The translations under genes and the position numbers were made by a program. Positions 30,951-41,553 of a stretch of DNA of 64,000 nucleotides are shown piece by piece (the first letter of the stretch is position 1; every line of letters starts with the position of its first letter). The stretch comes from an uncultured Bacilli bacterium. Its GTDB lineage: Bacteria; Bacillota_I; Bacilli_A; RF39; UBA660. Under the pieces are notes generated by a model. That model did not search any database. It was not told the DNA's origin and was given only the letters and a program-made list of their open reading frames with translations. The DNA lies in assembly GCA_934096595.1 (NCBI GenBank), contig CAKOMH010000001.1, positions 494-64,493 on the forward strand. The letters run 5' to 3'.

Positions 30951-30989
30951 ATGACATTTTAAGTAAATCACTTTTTAAAATTGTCATCT
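30951..30989. promoter_or_regulatory. Near-perfect inverted repeat ATGACATTTTAA-N13-TTAAAATTGTCAT upstream of whiA. Candidate operator.
   Basis: 12-13 bp arms with one indel. Confidence 0.35.
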
Positions 30990-31392
30990 TCTTGCTTTTA
31001 ATTATTTATCTTTAGAAATTTTATTACTTTTTATATTTTTTACTAAACTTCTAAATTATCAACAATATTATATCTAAACTTTCGCTTTTTTTATACAAAA
31101 CTTTTATCTTTAGTTCAAATACTTGTTATATTTTGCTAAAATAGCTTTTTGAACAAATAAAAGTAATATGATATTCTACCAATCGATGTGAGCAAATACA
31201 AGTTATATTCATAAAATTACCCCATTTATAACTAATATCAACTAATTAACTAAAGTAATATAACTTCTATATTTTCTAATTCTAATACCTTACTTCGGCT
31301 CACATCAAAAAAACTATATTTGAATTTCGTTTTCCGATTTTCTTATATAGTTCTTTTTTTACTTTAAATTACTAATATTCTTAAATTTAATT

Positions 31393-32613
31393 TTATCTCG
31401 AATACCACCAAACACCAGTTTTAGGATATCCAGGAGGTTCGATTGAATTGGCAATAAACCTCGACCAGCTTGTATAATCCTTCAAATAATAGCCTTTGGA
31501 AATACCAAAGTGAAGATGAGTACCAGTTGTACATCTATCATAACCGCCGTGAGCTTTCGCTGTTGAACCACCACCAATTAAACCAATAACTGTGTTAGTA
31601 GTAACCTTATCGCCAACTTTAACTTTAATTGATAAAAGATGGGCATACTGCATAGTATAGGCTTTACCTAAAACATTAACATGAACATAAACAATATTGC
31701 CACCACAACTAGATTTACGAGTTATCGCTGCAACCGTTCCAGCTGCTGCGGCATAAGCAGGAGTTCCTTCAGCATTACCCCCAATATCATGAGCATTGTG
31801 GAAACTTCCAGTATTAAGTACAGGATTGCGATAACCCCAACGCGAGTTAATCTTCCCTTTAGTAACTGGCTTTAACCATCCCGCTGAAGCTTGAACAGAT
31901 GTACAAGAAGTTAGCAACTGGGTTTCACTATTACAAATAGTTTTATAATAATCAATTAAAGTCTGTTGATTTTTAATCTGAGAATCTATATCCTCATTGA
32001 TATCATTAATTTCTTCTAACTGATTATTTAATTTAGAAATGGCTTGGAAAGTATTAGCTATTTTTTCATCTAATTGATTATTTTTATTAGCTAAATCTAC
32101 TTTTAATTGTTCATTTTCTTTAATTAAACCATCTAACTCATCAATCTTATTTTTATAATAACTAGACAATTGCGATACTGCTTCAACCCGCATAATTAAA
32201 TCAGTCGGACTAGAAGCTCCTGTAATATATTCTAAATACTCATTTTGATTAGTACTTAGTTGATAATATTTAAGTACTAAATCAACATCTTCTTTAGCCT
32301 TAGTAATATCTTCATTACTTTTCTTAATTTTTTCTTCGGCATCAACTACCGAACTTGCAATTTGTTGTTGTTCGGCTCTAGCATTTTCTACCGCTTGTTT
32401 ATTTTGATTTATTTGATTTTGGGTTTGTTTCTTATCGTTTTGAGCATCTGTTTTTTGCTTCTTTAACGCCTCTAATTCCTTTCTTAATCCCGCAATAGTC
32501 GTAGCCTTGCTATTATTTGTAGCAGCCATAACACTAAAAGGCTCTACAAAATAAGGAATTAGCATCAAAATAACTAAAATTAATCTAAAACTATAACTTA
32601 CTATTTTCTTCAT
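31393..32613 (-). CDS. Coiled-coil M23 family peptidase (EnvC/PcsB-like FtsEX-associated murein hydrolase activator)
   Basis: Signal peptide, a long Q/K/E-rich coiled coil, and a C-terminal M23 domain with HxxxD (NAHDIGG) and HLH (THLHFGI). Encoded immediately after ftsX. Confidence 0.85.
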   Translation of the reverse strand: MKKIVSYSFRLILVILMLIPYFVEPFSVMAATNNSKATTIAGLRKELEALKKQKTDAQNDKKQTQNQINQNKQAVENARAEQQQIASSVVDAEEKIKKSNEDITKAKEDVDLVLKYYQLSTNQNEYLEYITGASSPTDLIMRVEAVSQLSSYYKNKIDELDGLIKENEQLKVDLANKNNQLDEKIANTFQAISKLNNQLEEINDINEDIDSQIKNQQTLIDYYKTICNSETQLLTSCTSVQASAGWLKPVTKGKINSRWGYRNPVLNTGSFHNAHDIGGNAEGTPAYAAAAGTVAAITRKSSCGGNIVYVHVNVLGKAYTMQYAHLLSIKVKVGDKVTTNTVIGLIGGGSTAKAHGGYDRCTTGTHLHFGISKGYYLKDYTSWSRFIANSIEPPGYPKTGVWWYSR

Positions 32614-33521
32614 TATATTTTCAAATACTTTCTAACAGCCCTGCTACTGCCAAACATTCCAACAAGACCACCCACTACCATTAAAATTATTGAAACAAAC
32701 CACACTAAATTCATTGGTTTAATAAGCTCAACAATATGGGAAAATAAGTAACCATCAAAATGATCATAAATCAAAATATAACCATAAATAGTAATGATTA
32801 TGGGAATTATAGAACCAATAATCCCTAAAATAAAGCCTTCAATTATAAATGGTTGTCTTATAGCAAAATTACTAGTTCCAACTAATCTTTTTATTTCAAT
32901 CTCATTTCTTCTAGAGAAAATAGTTAATTTAATTGTATTGCTAATCAAGAAAGCTGTTACTAAAATTAAAGCACACACAATTACAATCATCGCTTTTTCA
33001 ACTACATCAAAGATGAAAACCAACTTATCAACACTATCTTCACCATACTTAGCTGATTTAACACCGTCCATATTTCTAATAGCCTCGGCAACATAAGACA
33101 AACTTTTAATATCAGTAACTTTAACTGTTATTGAATCTAATAAAGGATTCGTATCTAAATAACTCAATGTCGTCCCGAGCTCTTCGCTAGAATCTATCAT
33201 TTCTTGTTTCCAATCGTCTTTGGATTTATATATTAACGATTCGTAGTTGTTCAATCCTTTTATTTTTTCTTCAATTGTATTTCGTTCTTCTTCTGTAACA
33301 TCTTCTTTTAAATAAACCACAATCGTCAAAGTTTCCTCTAATCTTTTTGTAAAATGATCAACATTAGCACTTATTACCATCGCAATGGCTACTAAAACTA
33401 GTGTTATCGTTATACAAGTAATAGAGGCAATAGAAAGACTAAAATTTCTAAAAACACTGCGGATACCATCGCGAAAATTTCTAGTCAATATTCTCATGTA
33501 CTTCATAAACTTTATATTCAC
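32613..33521 (-). CDS. ftsX: Cell division ABC transporter permease FtsX
   Basis: Four-TM FtsX topology with a large extracellular loop. It follows ftsE. The exact start is uncertain (33521 or 33506) and it overlaps the ftsE 3' end. Confidence 0.85.
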   Translation of the reverse strand: MNIKFMKYMRILTRNFRDGIRSVFRNFSLSIASITCITITLVLVAIAMVISANVDHFTKRLEETLTIVVYLKEDVTEEERNTIEEKIKGLNNYESLIYKSKDDWKQEMIDSSEELGTTLSYLDTNPLLDSITVKVTDIKSLSYVAEAIRNMDGVKSAKYGEDSVDKLVFIFDVVEKAMIVIVCALILVTAFLISNTIKLTIFSRRNEIEIKRLVGTSNFAIRQPFIIEGFILGIIGSIIPIIITIYGYILIYDHFDGYLFSHIVELIKPMNLVWFVSIILMVVGGLVGMFGSSRAVRKYLKI

Positions 33522-34194
33522 CTCTTTCTATATCACTTACCTTAACACCATCTTCAATCGTAATAACTCTTTTCTTCATTTTATTAACAATTTCTTTATC
33601 ATGAGTTGCCATTACAACTGTAGTGCCTAATTCTTTATTAATTCTATTTATAGTTTTCATAATATCTTTAGAAGTTTCTGGATCTAAATTTCCCGTCGGT
33701 TCATCACATATTAACACTTTGGGTTCATTAACTATAGCTCTAGCAATACATACTCTTTGCATTTCTCCCCCAGATAATTCCTTCGGCATACTTCTTACCT
33801 TTTCTTTAAGACCAACTAATTCTAAAGCTGTCATAACTTTAGGTTTTATCTCACTAGCTTTAAAGCCTTGAGTCTCTAAAGGAAAAGCTACATTTTCATA
33901 AACTGTAAGTTTAGGAAGTAATTTAAAATCCTGAAACACCACGCCTAGTTTACGACGCAATTTATAAACTTTACCATTTCTTAATTTGCCAACATTAATT
34001 CCGCCAACATAAACTTCACCTTCGGTTGGTCTTTCCTCACGATAAAGCATTTTAATTAAAGTTGATTTTCCAGAGGCTGTTGGACCAATAATAAAAACAA
34101 ACTCGCCCTTTTTGATACTTAAATTAACATTTGCTAATGCTGTAACACCATTTTTATATACTTTTGAACAATTTTTTATTTCAATAAATTTCAC
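33481..34194 (-). CDS. ftsE: Cell division ABC transporter ATP-binding protein FtsE
   Basis: Walker A GPTASGKST, ABC signature LSGGEMQR, Walker B. The likely GTG start at 34194 (MKFIEIKN) has an AAGGTGG RBS; the track start at 34203 is a GTG inside the RBS. Confidence 0.88.
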   Translation of the reverse strand: MKFIEIKNCSKVYKNGVTALANVNLSIKKGEFVFIIGPTASGKSTLIKMLYREERPTEGEVYVGGINVGKLRNGKVYKLRRKLGVVFQDFKLLPKLTVYENVAFPLETQGFKASEIKPKVMTALELVGLKEKVRSMPKELSGGEMQRVCIARAIVNEPKVLICDEPTGNLDPETSKDIMKTINRINKELGTTVVMATHDKEIVNKMKKRVITIEDGVKVSDIERGEYKVYEVHENID

Positions 34195-34263
34195 TACAAC
34201 CACCTTACCATAATCAATATATCACAGTTTTGTGAAAAATAAAAGAACAATGCCCAATAGACA

Positions 34264-35355
34264 TTATTCTTCAGTAACTAAATACGCTGTATATTCATTA
34301 ATAATCATATTAATAATTGGTAATAATTTTTTTACCTGACGATAAGAACTATAATCATAACTTGACTTAGCACTAGCTAAAACAATCATTGGGTGATAGC
34401 CAAACAAAACTCCCGAAGAAATGGTTACATCTTTCGTAAATCCTTCCTTAGTAGCACTGCTAATATTAGGAATAGTATTTTTAAAATAATTATAAGCATT
34501 AGTAGAAAGTAAATTTAAGTACTCTTCTCCCCAAGAATTTTCAGTGGCAAAATGGTATATTTCTTGCCAAATCATCGCCATACTTCTTAAATCAGTAAGT
34601 CCCCAAGGATTATACAAAGACAAATGTAACTTTTTTATCCCCAGTTCATCTAACATTGCATTATAACCACTAACCCCAAAATGTCCGTGTAACATTTTAT
34701 AGGCCACATTATCACTATACACAACAGTTAATTTTATTAAGTCTCTAATCGAATACATCGTCCCAACTGGACTTAATTTAACGGTACCAGTGCCGCTATT
34801 ATAATAATTATAAGTATATGGTATTTCTTCGTCTAAGCTTATATTGCCAAGACTCACTTGCTTATAAAGATATAAACAGTACGCTGATTTAATTACACTA
34901 GCCGTTTGATAAGCTTGATCAACATTATAGCCAAAAGATGTTCCCGTAGCCATATCGATTACATAAATAGAAGAATAGGACTTGTAGTTATTGATAGTTT
35001 GATATAATAAATTTTTAACCCCATCACTTACAGTAAAATCTGTATTTAAAGTCGTCAATTCATTTTTTACATAAGAATAAGAATTTATATCTAGTCTATC
35101 AATATTTCTATCTAACTTTTCTCCTGGATTAAATTCATTTTCATAGTCATAATCATAATCAGGCATTTCTTCATTTTTACTTAAAAGTTCCTTATTTTCT
35201 TCAAAAGCATCATTCTTAGTCAAAGCATCAGCTTTTACATCACCATATGTTTTTTCTATATATAAATTAACTGTTTTACAGGCAAGTAGCCCAATGACTC
35301 CTGCCAAAAGTACCAATATAACAAAATATTTTATAAATTTCTTTATCATAGCCAA
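34264..35355 (-). CDS. Beta-lactamase-fold serine hydrolase lipoprotein (class A beta-lactamase/PBP-like: SVIK, SDN, K[E]G)
   Basis: Lipobox-like LLAC after the signal peptide. S-x-x-K (ASVIKS) and SDN (YSDNVA). The third motif reads KEG rather than KTG. Confidence 0.6.
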   Translation of the reverse strand: MAMIKKFIKYFVILVLLAGVIGLLACKTVNLYIEKTYGDVKADALTKNDAFEENKELLSKNEEMPDYDYDYENEFNPGEKLDRNIDRLDINSYSYVKNELTTLNTDFTVSDGVKNLLYQTINNYKSYSSIYVIDMATGTSFGYNVDQAYQTASVIKSAYCLYLYKQVSLGNISLDEEIPYTYNYYNSGTGTVKLSPVGTMYSIRDLIKLTVVYSDNVAYKMLHGHFGVSGYNAMLDELGIKKLHLSLYNPWGLTDLRSMAMIWQEIYHFATENSWGEEYLNLLSTNAYNYFKNTIPNISSATKEGFTKDVTISSGVLFGYHPMIVLASAKSSYDYSSYRQVKKLLPIINMIINEYTAYLVTEE

Positions 35356-35539
35356 TCCTTAGTTTCATCACATTTTTCTATAAATTTTATAATTCATAAG
35401 CCCACTTAAGCCAATTTTAATATTTACCAAATTAGTGTTTAACAAATTAATATACATTATCATGTTAACCAACTTATCAAATTTCTTTTTAAAGTAACAA
35501 CTTATATTTGAAATGAACTTATAACTTTTTCTAGCAAAT

Positions 35540-36424
35540 TTAAATTAACATTCTTTTTTCTTTCTTCCCACCAGTTACCTCATAACAATCACTAACAACA
35601 ATAAATGCATTAGGATCAATCTCTAAGATTTTTTCCCGAAAAGCATTATAAGCTCTAGTTGGCACCACTATTTGCAGCATTTTTCCTTTTTCAAACATAA
35701 AACCGCCAGTGGTATCTAAAATTGTTACCCCAGTATGCATATTATTAATAGCGTAATCCTGTATCTTGCGATATTTTTTGCTAGAAATTAAAAACATTTT
35801 ACTAGTAGAAATTCCAATAATAATTTTATCAACAATATTAGTAGAAATTATTAATAAAATCAGAGAATATATTGCCCTTGGTATTCCGAAAACCAAAATT
35901 CCTAGCAGAACAATTACGGTATTCATTAATAGCTGAGCATTTCCTTCAGTCAAATGTTGATATTTATGAATAATTTTCATAATAATATCACTGCCACCCA
36001 AAGTAAAACCACTCTTATAGATTAAGCCATTACCTAACCCCAACAAGACCCCCGCTATAATAATGATGATAACAATATTAGAAAATGTTAAAAAAGGAGC
36101 CATTACATCACAAAGCGGTTTGACAAAATCAATAAGTAAAGGATAAAGGATAGCTCCTATTACACTATTATAAGTTGTATCCTTATCTAAAGTAAAATAC
36201 GATAATATTATTAGAAAAATACTACTCCCAAAAATAAAATAAGATGGTTTAATTCCACATAAAAAATTTAGCATAGTAGCAATACCCGTCATACCACCAA
36301 TATTAAATTCATTTGGCAAAACAAACAAGTTATAATTAAATGCTAAAATCAACAAACCTACTAGAAATGCCAATAATTTTTTTAGTCTTTCCATATCAGT
36401 TATATGCCCTATTACTCTTTTCAT
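35540..36424 (-). CDS. YitT family membrane protein (DUF161 + DUF2179)
   Basis: Multi-TM N-terminal region and a C-terminal DUF2179-like soluble domain. Paralog of 54519..55388. Confidence 0.75.
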   Translation of the reverse strand: MKRVIGHITDMERLKKLLAFLVGLLILAFNYNLFVLPNEFNIGGMTGIATMLNFLCGIKPSYFIFGSSIFLIILSYFTLDKDTTYNSVIGAILYPLLIDFVKPLCDVMAPFLTFSNIVIIIIIAGVLLGLGNGLIYKSGFTLGGSDIIMKIIHKYQHLTEGNAQLLMNTVIVLLGILVFGIPRAIYSLILLIISTNIVDKIIIGISTSKMFLISSKKYRKIQDYAINNMHTGVTILDTTGGFMFEKGKMLQIVVPTRAYNAFREKILEIDPNAFIVVSDCYEVTGGKKEKRMLI

Positions 36425-36494
36425 TATTTTACTCCTATTATAATAATACTATATTTTTTTGATTTTGCATATAGTTAGTGAGGTGAATTTTTAA

Positions 36495-36935
36495 ATGAAT
36501 GGAACATATTATCAAAACCCAACTTTCCCAACTAACCAAAATAATTATGATGTCAACATGAATTCTATCCCGAATAATCAAGGTCTTCCTAACAATAACA
36601 ATATGGCTAATAGCACAAATATTCCAAGTACAATAAACAACTACAATCCTGATTATAATCCCACCACATCACTGCCTATGGAGCAAAGTTATATTGAAAA
36701 TATTTTAAGGTTGAATAAAGGAAAAATGGTTAAAGCTTATGTTAGTTTTCCGGATTCTACCGAATGGCGCAACAAAATTTTTGCAGGGCGCATTGAAGAA
36801 GCAGGTCGCGATCATCTAATTATCAGCAACCCCAACACTGGTGAGTGGGATTTAATTTTAATGATTTACTTAAATTATGTTACCTTTGATGAAAGAATAA
36901 ACTATAGCCATAGCTATTCACAAAAGAACTTCTAA
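36495..36935 (+). CDS. gerQ: Spore coat protein GerQ (YwdL)-like, with an N/Q/P-rich N-terminal region and a conserved C-terminal domain
   Basis: C-terminus SYIENILRLNKGKMVKAYVSF..S.EWRNKIFAGRIEEAGRDHLIISNPNTGEWDLILMIYLNYVTFDE closely resembles the GerQ core. N-terminus rich in N/Q/P. Confidence 0.65.
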   Translation: MNGTYYQNPTFPTNQNNYDVNMNSIPNNQGLPNNNNMANSTNIPSTINNYNPDYNPTTSLPMEQSYIENILRLNKGKMVKAYVSFPDSTEWRNKIFAGRIEEAGRDHLIISNPNTGEWDLILMIYLNYVTFDERINYSHSYSQKNF

Positions 36936-37432
36936 AAAAAGAAGTTCTTTACTATTTCTAAAGCAATTCCTAATTTTCCTGAATAAAAATGTCCCGGATA
37001 AATTTTTGTATCTAATGGATATTTGCTAATTTTTTCTAAAGATTTTTGCATTTCTTCATGACTTCCCGTTGGCAAATCCATGCGACCAATTGAGTTATAA
37101 AACAAAAAATCACCCGTAAACATTACCTTTTCATCAGCAAAATAAAAAGTTTTAGAATCATTTGTATGACCAGAAGTGGCAATTACTTCATATTTAAAAG
37201 TTTTATTTTTATATTGATTAGCTTTTACTCTGTATTTATCCTCTAATTGCTTCAAAGCTCCAATATGATCAAAATGATTATGGGTAACCAAAATTTCTTC
37301 TAACTCGCCATGAATTTCACTATCAATTTTTGCAAATTCATCGCCGGGGTCAATTACCAAATACTTACCATCTTTTTCTAAAATATAACAGTTTTCATCT
37401 AACTCTCCTACTACTAGTTGCTTTATTTTCAT
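36932..37432 (-). CDS. MBL-fold metallo-hydrolase (HxHxDH)
   Basis: THNHFDHIG motif, about 166 aa. Confidence 0.8.
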   Translation of the reverse strand: MKIKQLVVGELDENCYILEKDGKYLVIDPGDEFAKIDSEIHGELEEILVTHNHFDHIGALKQLEDKYRVKANQYKNKTFKYEVIATSGHTNDSKTFYFADEKVMFTGDFLFYNSIGRMDLPTGSHEEMQKSLEKISKYPLDTKIYPGHFYSGKLGIALEIVKNFFF

Positions 37433-37522
37433 CTATATCACCAGTAACTACAATAGCACATAATTTATTTACTAGCAAGTTTCTATGTGTTATACTATTC
37501 GTATAAGATATGAGGTGGAATT

Positions 37523-38068
37523 ATGGCGTTTATTTATGCTATCTTAATCATTTTGATTGTTGGCGGAATTGGTACTATCACATATATTGTTTATTACAAT
37601 GCTCTTCAAGATTGTAAAGTTAAAATTGATGAAGCAGAAAGTATGATAGATGAGGCTCTTCGTTCAAAATATGATATTCTTCTTAAGTTAGAGTCTATAA
37701 TTAAAAACAATATAAAAGAAACAAAAATCAATTTTAAGGATTTAAATGACCTAAAAAAAGAAAGCATCTCTAATTTTCAACTAGAGCGAAAATTAGTTGA
37801 TACTGTCTTACTTATTAGCAAAATTCAAGATGATTTTCCTGAATTAGAAGAGCAAAAAGATTATCGTGAGCTTCTAAATGACATTCGAGTTATGGATGAA
37901 AGAATAAATGCTTCTAAAAAATTTTATAACAAATATACTTCTAAATCTAATGAATTAGTCCGTAAATTTCCATCAAATATTATTGCTAAATTTCATAATA
38001 TTACCATTCGCAACTTCTTTGATAATAAAGATATGAATGATGATATCATTAATGATTTTAAATTATAA
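37523..38068 (+). CDS. lemA: LemA family protein
   Basis: N-terminal TM, then YN.L...E.V..A.S.ID..L.RR.DL and a C-terminal FPSNIIAKF motif. Confidence 0.85.
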   Translation: MAFIYAILIILIVGGIGTITYIVYYNALQDCKVKIDEAESMIDEALRSKYDILLKLESIIKNNIKETKINFKDLNDLKKESISNFQLERKLVDTVLLISKIQDDFPELEEQKDYRELLNDIRVMDERINASKKFYNKYTSKSNELVRKFPSNIIAKFHNITIRNFFDNKDMNDDIINDFKL

Positions 38069-38731
38069 TCGCCAATCAATCGGTTGGAGATTATTTTTTT
38101 GCAAAAATTCATTAGTTCTTGAAAAAGGTCGACTCCCAAAGAAACCACTACGACACGAAAAAGGTGATGGATGGGGGCTTGTTATAACTAAATGAATTGG
38201 ATTAGTTATATATTGAGCTTTAGACTTGGCAAAATTCCCCCATAATATAAACACTACTGGTGTCGTTTTAGCATTGACTTTTCTAATAATATAATCTGTA
38301 AGTGGCTCCCAACCTAGATTTTTATGTGAAGCAGGACAATCTTTTTTTACGGTCAAAACACTATTTAATAGTAAAACGCCTTCTTTTGCCCACTTTGTTA
38401 GATCACCATCTCTATGTGGCATAATACCTAAATCATCATATAATTCTTTATAAATGTTTTTTAAAGATGGTGGTATTTTTATATCTTTATGAACCGAAAA
38501 AGACAATCCCATCGCTTCCCCTACGCCATGGTAAGGGTCTTGGCCTACAATTACAACCTTTACATCTTTATAAGGCGTAAGTTTTAAAGCATTAAAAATA
38601 TCTTCTTTTGGTGGAAAAATAGTTTCTTTATTATATAAATTCAATACACCCTGATAAAATTTACCAAAGTTAGGGCTATCCCAAATAACTTTTAATTCAT
38701 TATCCCAATCATTACCTATCATAACTTTCAC
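38063..38731 (-). CDS. ung: Uracil-DNA glycosylase
   Basis: GQDPYH catalytic motif and C-terminal HPSP motif. Confidence 0.92.
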   Translation of the reverse strand: MKVMIGNDWDNELKVIWDSPNFGKFYQGVLNLYNKETIFPPKEDIFNALKLTPYKDVKVVIVGQDPYHGVGEAMGLSFSVHKDIKIPPSLKNIYKELYDDLGIMPHRDGDLTKWAKEGVLLLNSVLTVKKDCPASHKNLGWEPLTDYIIRKVNAKTTPVVFILWGNFAKSKAQYITNPIHLVITSPHPSPFSCRSGFFGSRPFSRTNEFLQKNNLQPIDWRL

Positions 38732-38828
38732 TTCTCTCTACATCTTAATTTTATCAAATAAAAAGACCACTGTCTTTAATTTCAGTAATCTTTTTAACTT
38801 TTTTAAAGTATTTATAATAAGTTGAATT

Positions 38829-39263
38829 TTATTTATGATATGTTTCATTATTATTTATTTTAAAAGCCCGATATATTTGCTCTAACAAAACACCTCTAAA
38901 TAAACCGTGGGGCATTGTCATCTTCGAAAATGACAACTTCAAATTAGCAGCATTTTTAATATTTTCTAATATTCCATCGGAACCACCAATAATAAATGTA
39001 ATACAACTATAATGATTAAAAGTTTCATTTATAAAACTAGCAAACTCTAAAGAATTCATTTGTTTTCCTTCGATTGCTAAAGCTACAACATATTCATTCT
39101 TGCCTATATTTTTAATAATTTCTTTACTTTCTTGTTCAATATTGCTATCTTTTACTTCAATAATATTAAATTTATGATACTTATTAATTCTTTTATTATA
39201 ATCTAAAATCATATCCATTAGATATTTTTCTTTTATTTTTCCAACACAAATCAACTTTATCAT
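38829..39263 (-). CDS. rlmH: 23S rRNA (pseudouridine1915-N3)-methyltransferase RlmH
   Basis: SPOUT-class RlmH length and motifs (ICVGK...EGK..S). Confidence 0.85.
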   Translation of the reverse strand: MIKLICVGKIKEKYLMDMILDYNKRINKYHKFNIIEVKDSNIEQESKEIIKNIGKNEYVVALAIEGKQMNSLEFASFINETFNHYSCITFIIGGSDGILENIKNAANLKLSFSKMTMPHGLFRGVLLEQIYRAFKINNNETYHK

Positions 39264-40033
39264 AACTCTATAATCTCCGATTTTTCATTTTGTTTAGCAC
39301 AACTAATATTTTCAAAATCAACCCCGTACTCCAAGAAAATATTTTTGATTGTTTCCATAGCTTTTTCTTCCGTATTATTTTCATGAGAAAGGTGCGTTAA
39401 TATTATTTTTTGCGTATTTTTGCCAATTAATTTAGCTAAATAGATACTAGCATCTTTATTAGATAAATGTCCATAAGGTCCAACAACTCTATCTTTTAAC
39501 CAAGCTGGATATTTACCATTTAGTAACATCTCCACATCATGATTACTCTCAAACAAATATACAGTCTTATCCCTTAAAGAGTTAAAATATTTTTGATTCA
39601 AATAACCAGTATCAGTTAAATAAACAACGCTATTATTTCCTTCATACAAAATATATCCTTTAGAATCCTTAGTATCATGGCTAGTTTTTATTACTTCAAT
39701 TTTAACATTATCTAAATAAATATCATCATCAAAAAGAATTAAATGTTCATACTTACTTATTGGGTTTTCACTTCCCAACTCACCTATCATTCCTACTGTC
39801 ATATAAACATTTGCCTGATATTTTTTTATATAATTTTCTAAAGCTCCAATATGATCGCTATGAATATGCGATATGATTATAGTATCAATATCAGTTAAAG
39901 AAACGCTTAATTCTTCTAAGCGTTCCTTTATATATCTAACATTAGTTCCCATATCAAACAATATTTTGTGTTTTTCCGTTTCTACATAAGTAGAGTTTCC
40001 CTTAGAACCACTAGCTAATACACATATTCTCAT
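39260..40033 (-). CDS. MBL-fold metallo-hydrolase, YycJ/WalJ-like
   Basis: HIHSDHIG motif. It is positioned before rlmH, as yycJ is in Bacilli. Confidence 0.75.
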   Translation of the reverse strand: MRICVLASGSKGNSTYVETEKHKILFDMGTNVRYIKERLEELSVSLTDIDTIIISHIHSDHIGALENYIKKYQANVYMTVGMIGELGSENPISKYEHLILFDDDIYLDNVKIEVIKTSHDTKDSKGYILYEGNNSVVYLTDTGYLNQKYFNSLRDKTVYLFESNHDVEMLLNGKYPAWLKDRVVGPYGHLSNKDASIYLAKLIGKNTQKIILTHLSHENNTEEKAMETIKNIFLEYGVDFENISCAKQNEKSEIIEL

Positions 40034-41553
40034 TATCTATATATTGTGATAGGATTTATAGCTTTACTGCCTTTTTGATATGGCACCCCAGTCCAGAAAC
40101 CTAAGTGTAAGTGCGTACCAGTAACCAAACCACTCTTACCCATGGCGCCAATCTTCTGTGCACGGCTTACTTGTTGATTTTTAGAAACATAGACATCTGA
40201 CAAGTGGGCATACAATGAACAGTATCCATTTGGATGTTGAACAATAATGTTTAAACCACTACTTTTACCAGCATATCCACCGTAACCAGTCCATATAACT
40301 GTACCAGATGCAATTGCAAAAATTGGTGAGCCATAACCAGTACCAGATATATCTAAACCATCATGACTTGTACGATTAAATAAGTAACGCGTACCAAAAC
40401 CCGAAGTAATAATATATGGCTTTAATGTTGGCCAAGCATATTCCGTACCATCATCAACATAATTACCCCAGTTACCACTCGAAATAGATTTTTTACCTTT
40501 AACAATAACTTCATTAACAGTTTCTCTTACCATATATGTATTATCTTTATCGATAACAACTTGTTGACTGGCATCTCCATTAATTACCTGTGTACGCGAA
40601 GCAACACGGCGAATACCATTAACGCCCTTCGTTTGAACTAAACGATAACTAGTATCTTTAGAATAATCATACTTTGTTTCTGTCGAATATTTTTCTTCAA
40701 CATCTTTAACAATATATTTATCATATACCAATTGTAACATTGGATTAATTAAGGATATAACTACTTTATCTCCAACTGCTAATAAGTCATTTTCACTATT
40801 ATATTTGGGATTAGCTACCAAAAATTCGGAAACATTTAACTCATTAGCCTCGGCAATACTAGCAATTGTATCTCCTACTTTTACTGTATATTCTGATTCT
40901 TTACTATCAGTTCCAAATAACAAATACTTACTTAAGCTATCTACATCTGTAAAAATTTTCTCATCAGTGCTTATATAAGATTCTTTAATTGATATATTTT
41001 CTTGAAAATAAATATTTTCAATTCGTTCACCTACATCAACAATCTCTTTTTGTTCATTATTAATATAAGCTAAATATTCATCTTCCGGAATAAATGATAA
41101 GATAACTTTCTTTATTGCTTCTTCAAATACCTTTTCATCTAAAACATTAATTTTAAACAATACTTTTGAATCTCCATTATCATCTTTATCACTTACTGTA
41201 ATAGTATAACCCTTTATAGTAAAATTCTTTGATTCTTTTATTTTATCATAAATTTCTGTAACACTAGAAACACTAGAATTATATGTATTTAATTTAGTTA
41301 TTGAAAATCCTTTTGGGGGATATACTTGATCTACATTATATTCTTCTTTTATACTCGATTGTTCTTCATTAATAAGTGCATAAAGTTCATCTTGACTACC
41401 AATCATTCCTATTTTTTCACCGTTTAAGTATACTTGATAAACCCCTTCTACTTCATCAGCATAACTAGTTTTATAAGAAGTGGCAATAAACATTGCTACT
41501 CCAAATATCATTGTCGTTAATATGCATAGAATTTGTGTCTTTTTACTCATCAA
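40033..41553 (-). CDS. Membrane-anchored LysM-domain M23 peptidase
   Basis: N-terminal TM, a central LysM (YTVKVGDTIASIA...), and a C-terminal M23 (HDGLDI ... THLHLGF). Confidence 0.85.
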   Translation of the reverse strand: MMSKKTQILCILTTMIFGVAMFIATSYKTSYADEVEGVYQVYLNGEKIGMIGSQDELYALINEEQSSIKEEYNVDQVYPPKGFSITKLNTYNSSVSSVTEIYDKIKESKNFTIKGYTITVSDKDDNGDSKVLFKINVLDEKVFEEAIKKVILSFIPEDEYLAYINNEQKEIVDVGERIENIYFQENISIKESYISTDEKIFTDVDSLSKYLLFGTDSKESEYTVKVGDTIASIAEANELNVSEFLVANPKYNSENDLLAVGDKVVISLINPMLQLVYDKYIVKDVEEKYSTETKYDYSKDTSYRLVQTKGVNGIRRVASRTQVINGDASQQVVIDKDNTYMVRETVNEVIVKGKKSISSGNWGNYVDDGTEYAWPTLKPYIITSGFGTRYLFNRTSHDGLDISGTGYGSPIFAIASGTVIWTGYGGYAGKSSGLNIIVQHPNGYCSLYAHLSDVYVSKNQQVSRAQKIGAMGKSGLVTGTHLHLGFWTGVPYQKGSKAINPITIYR

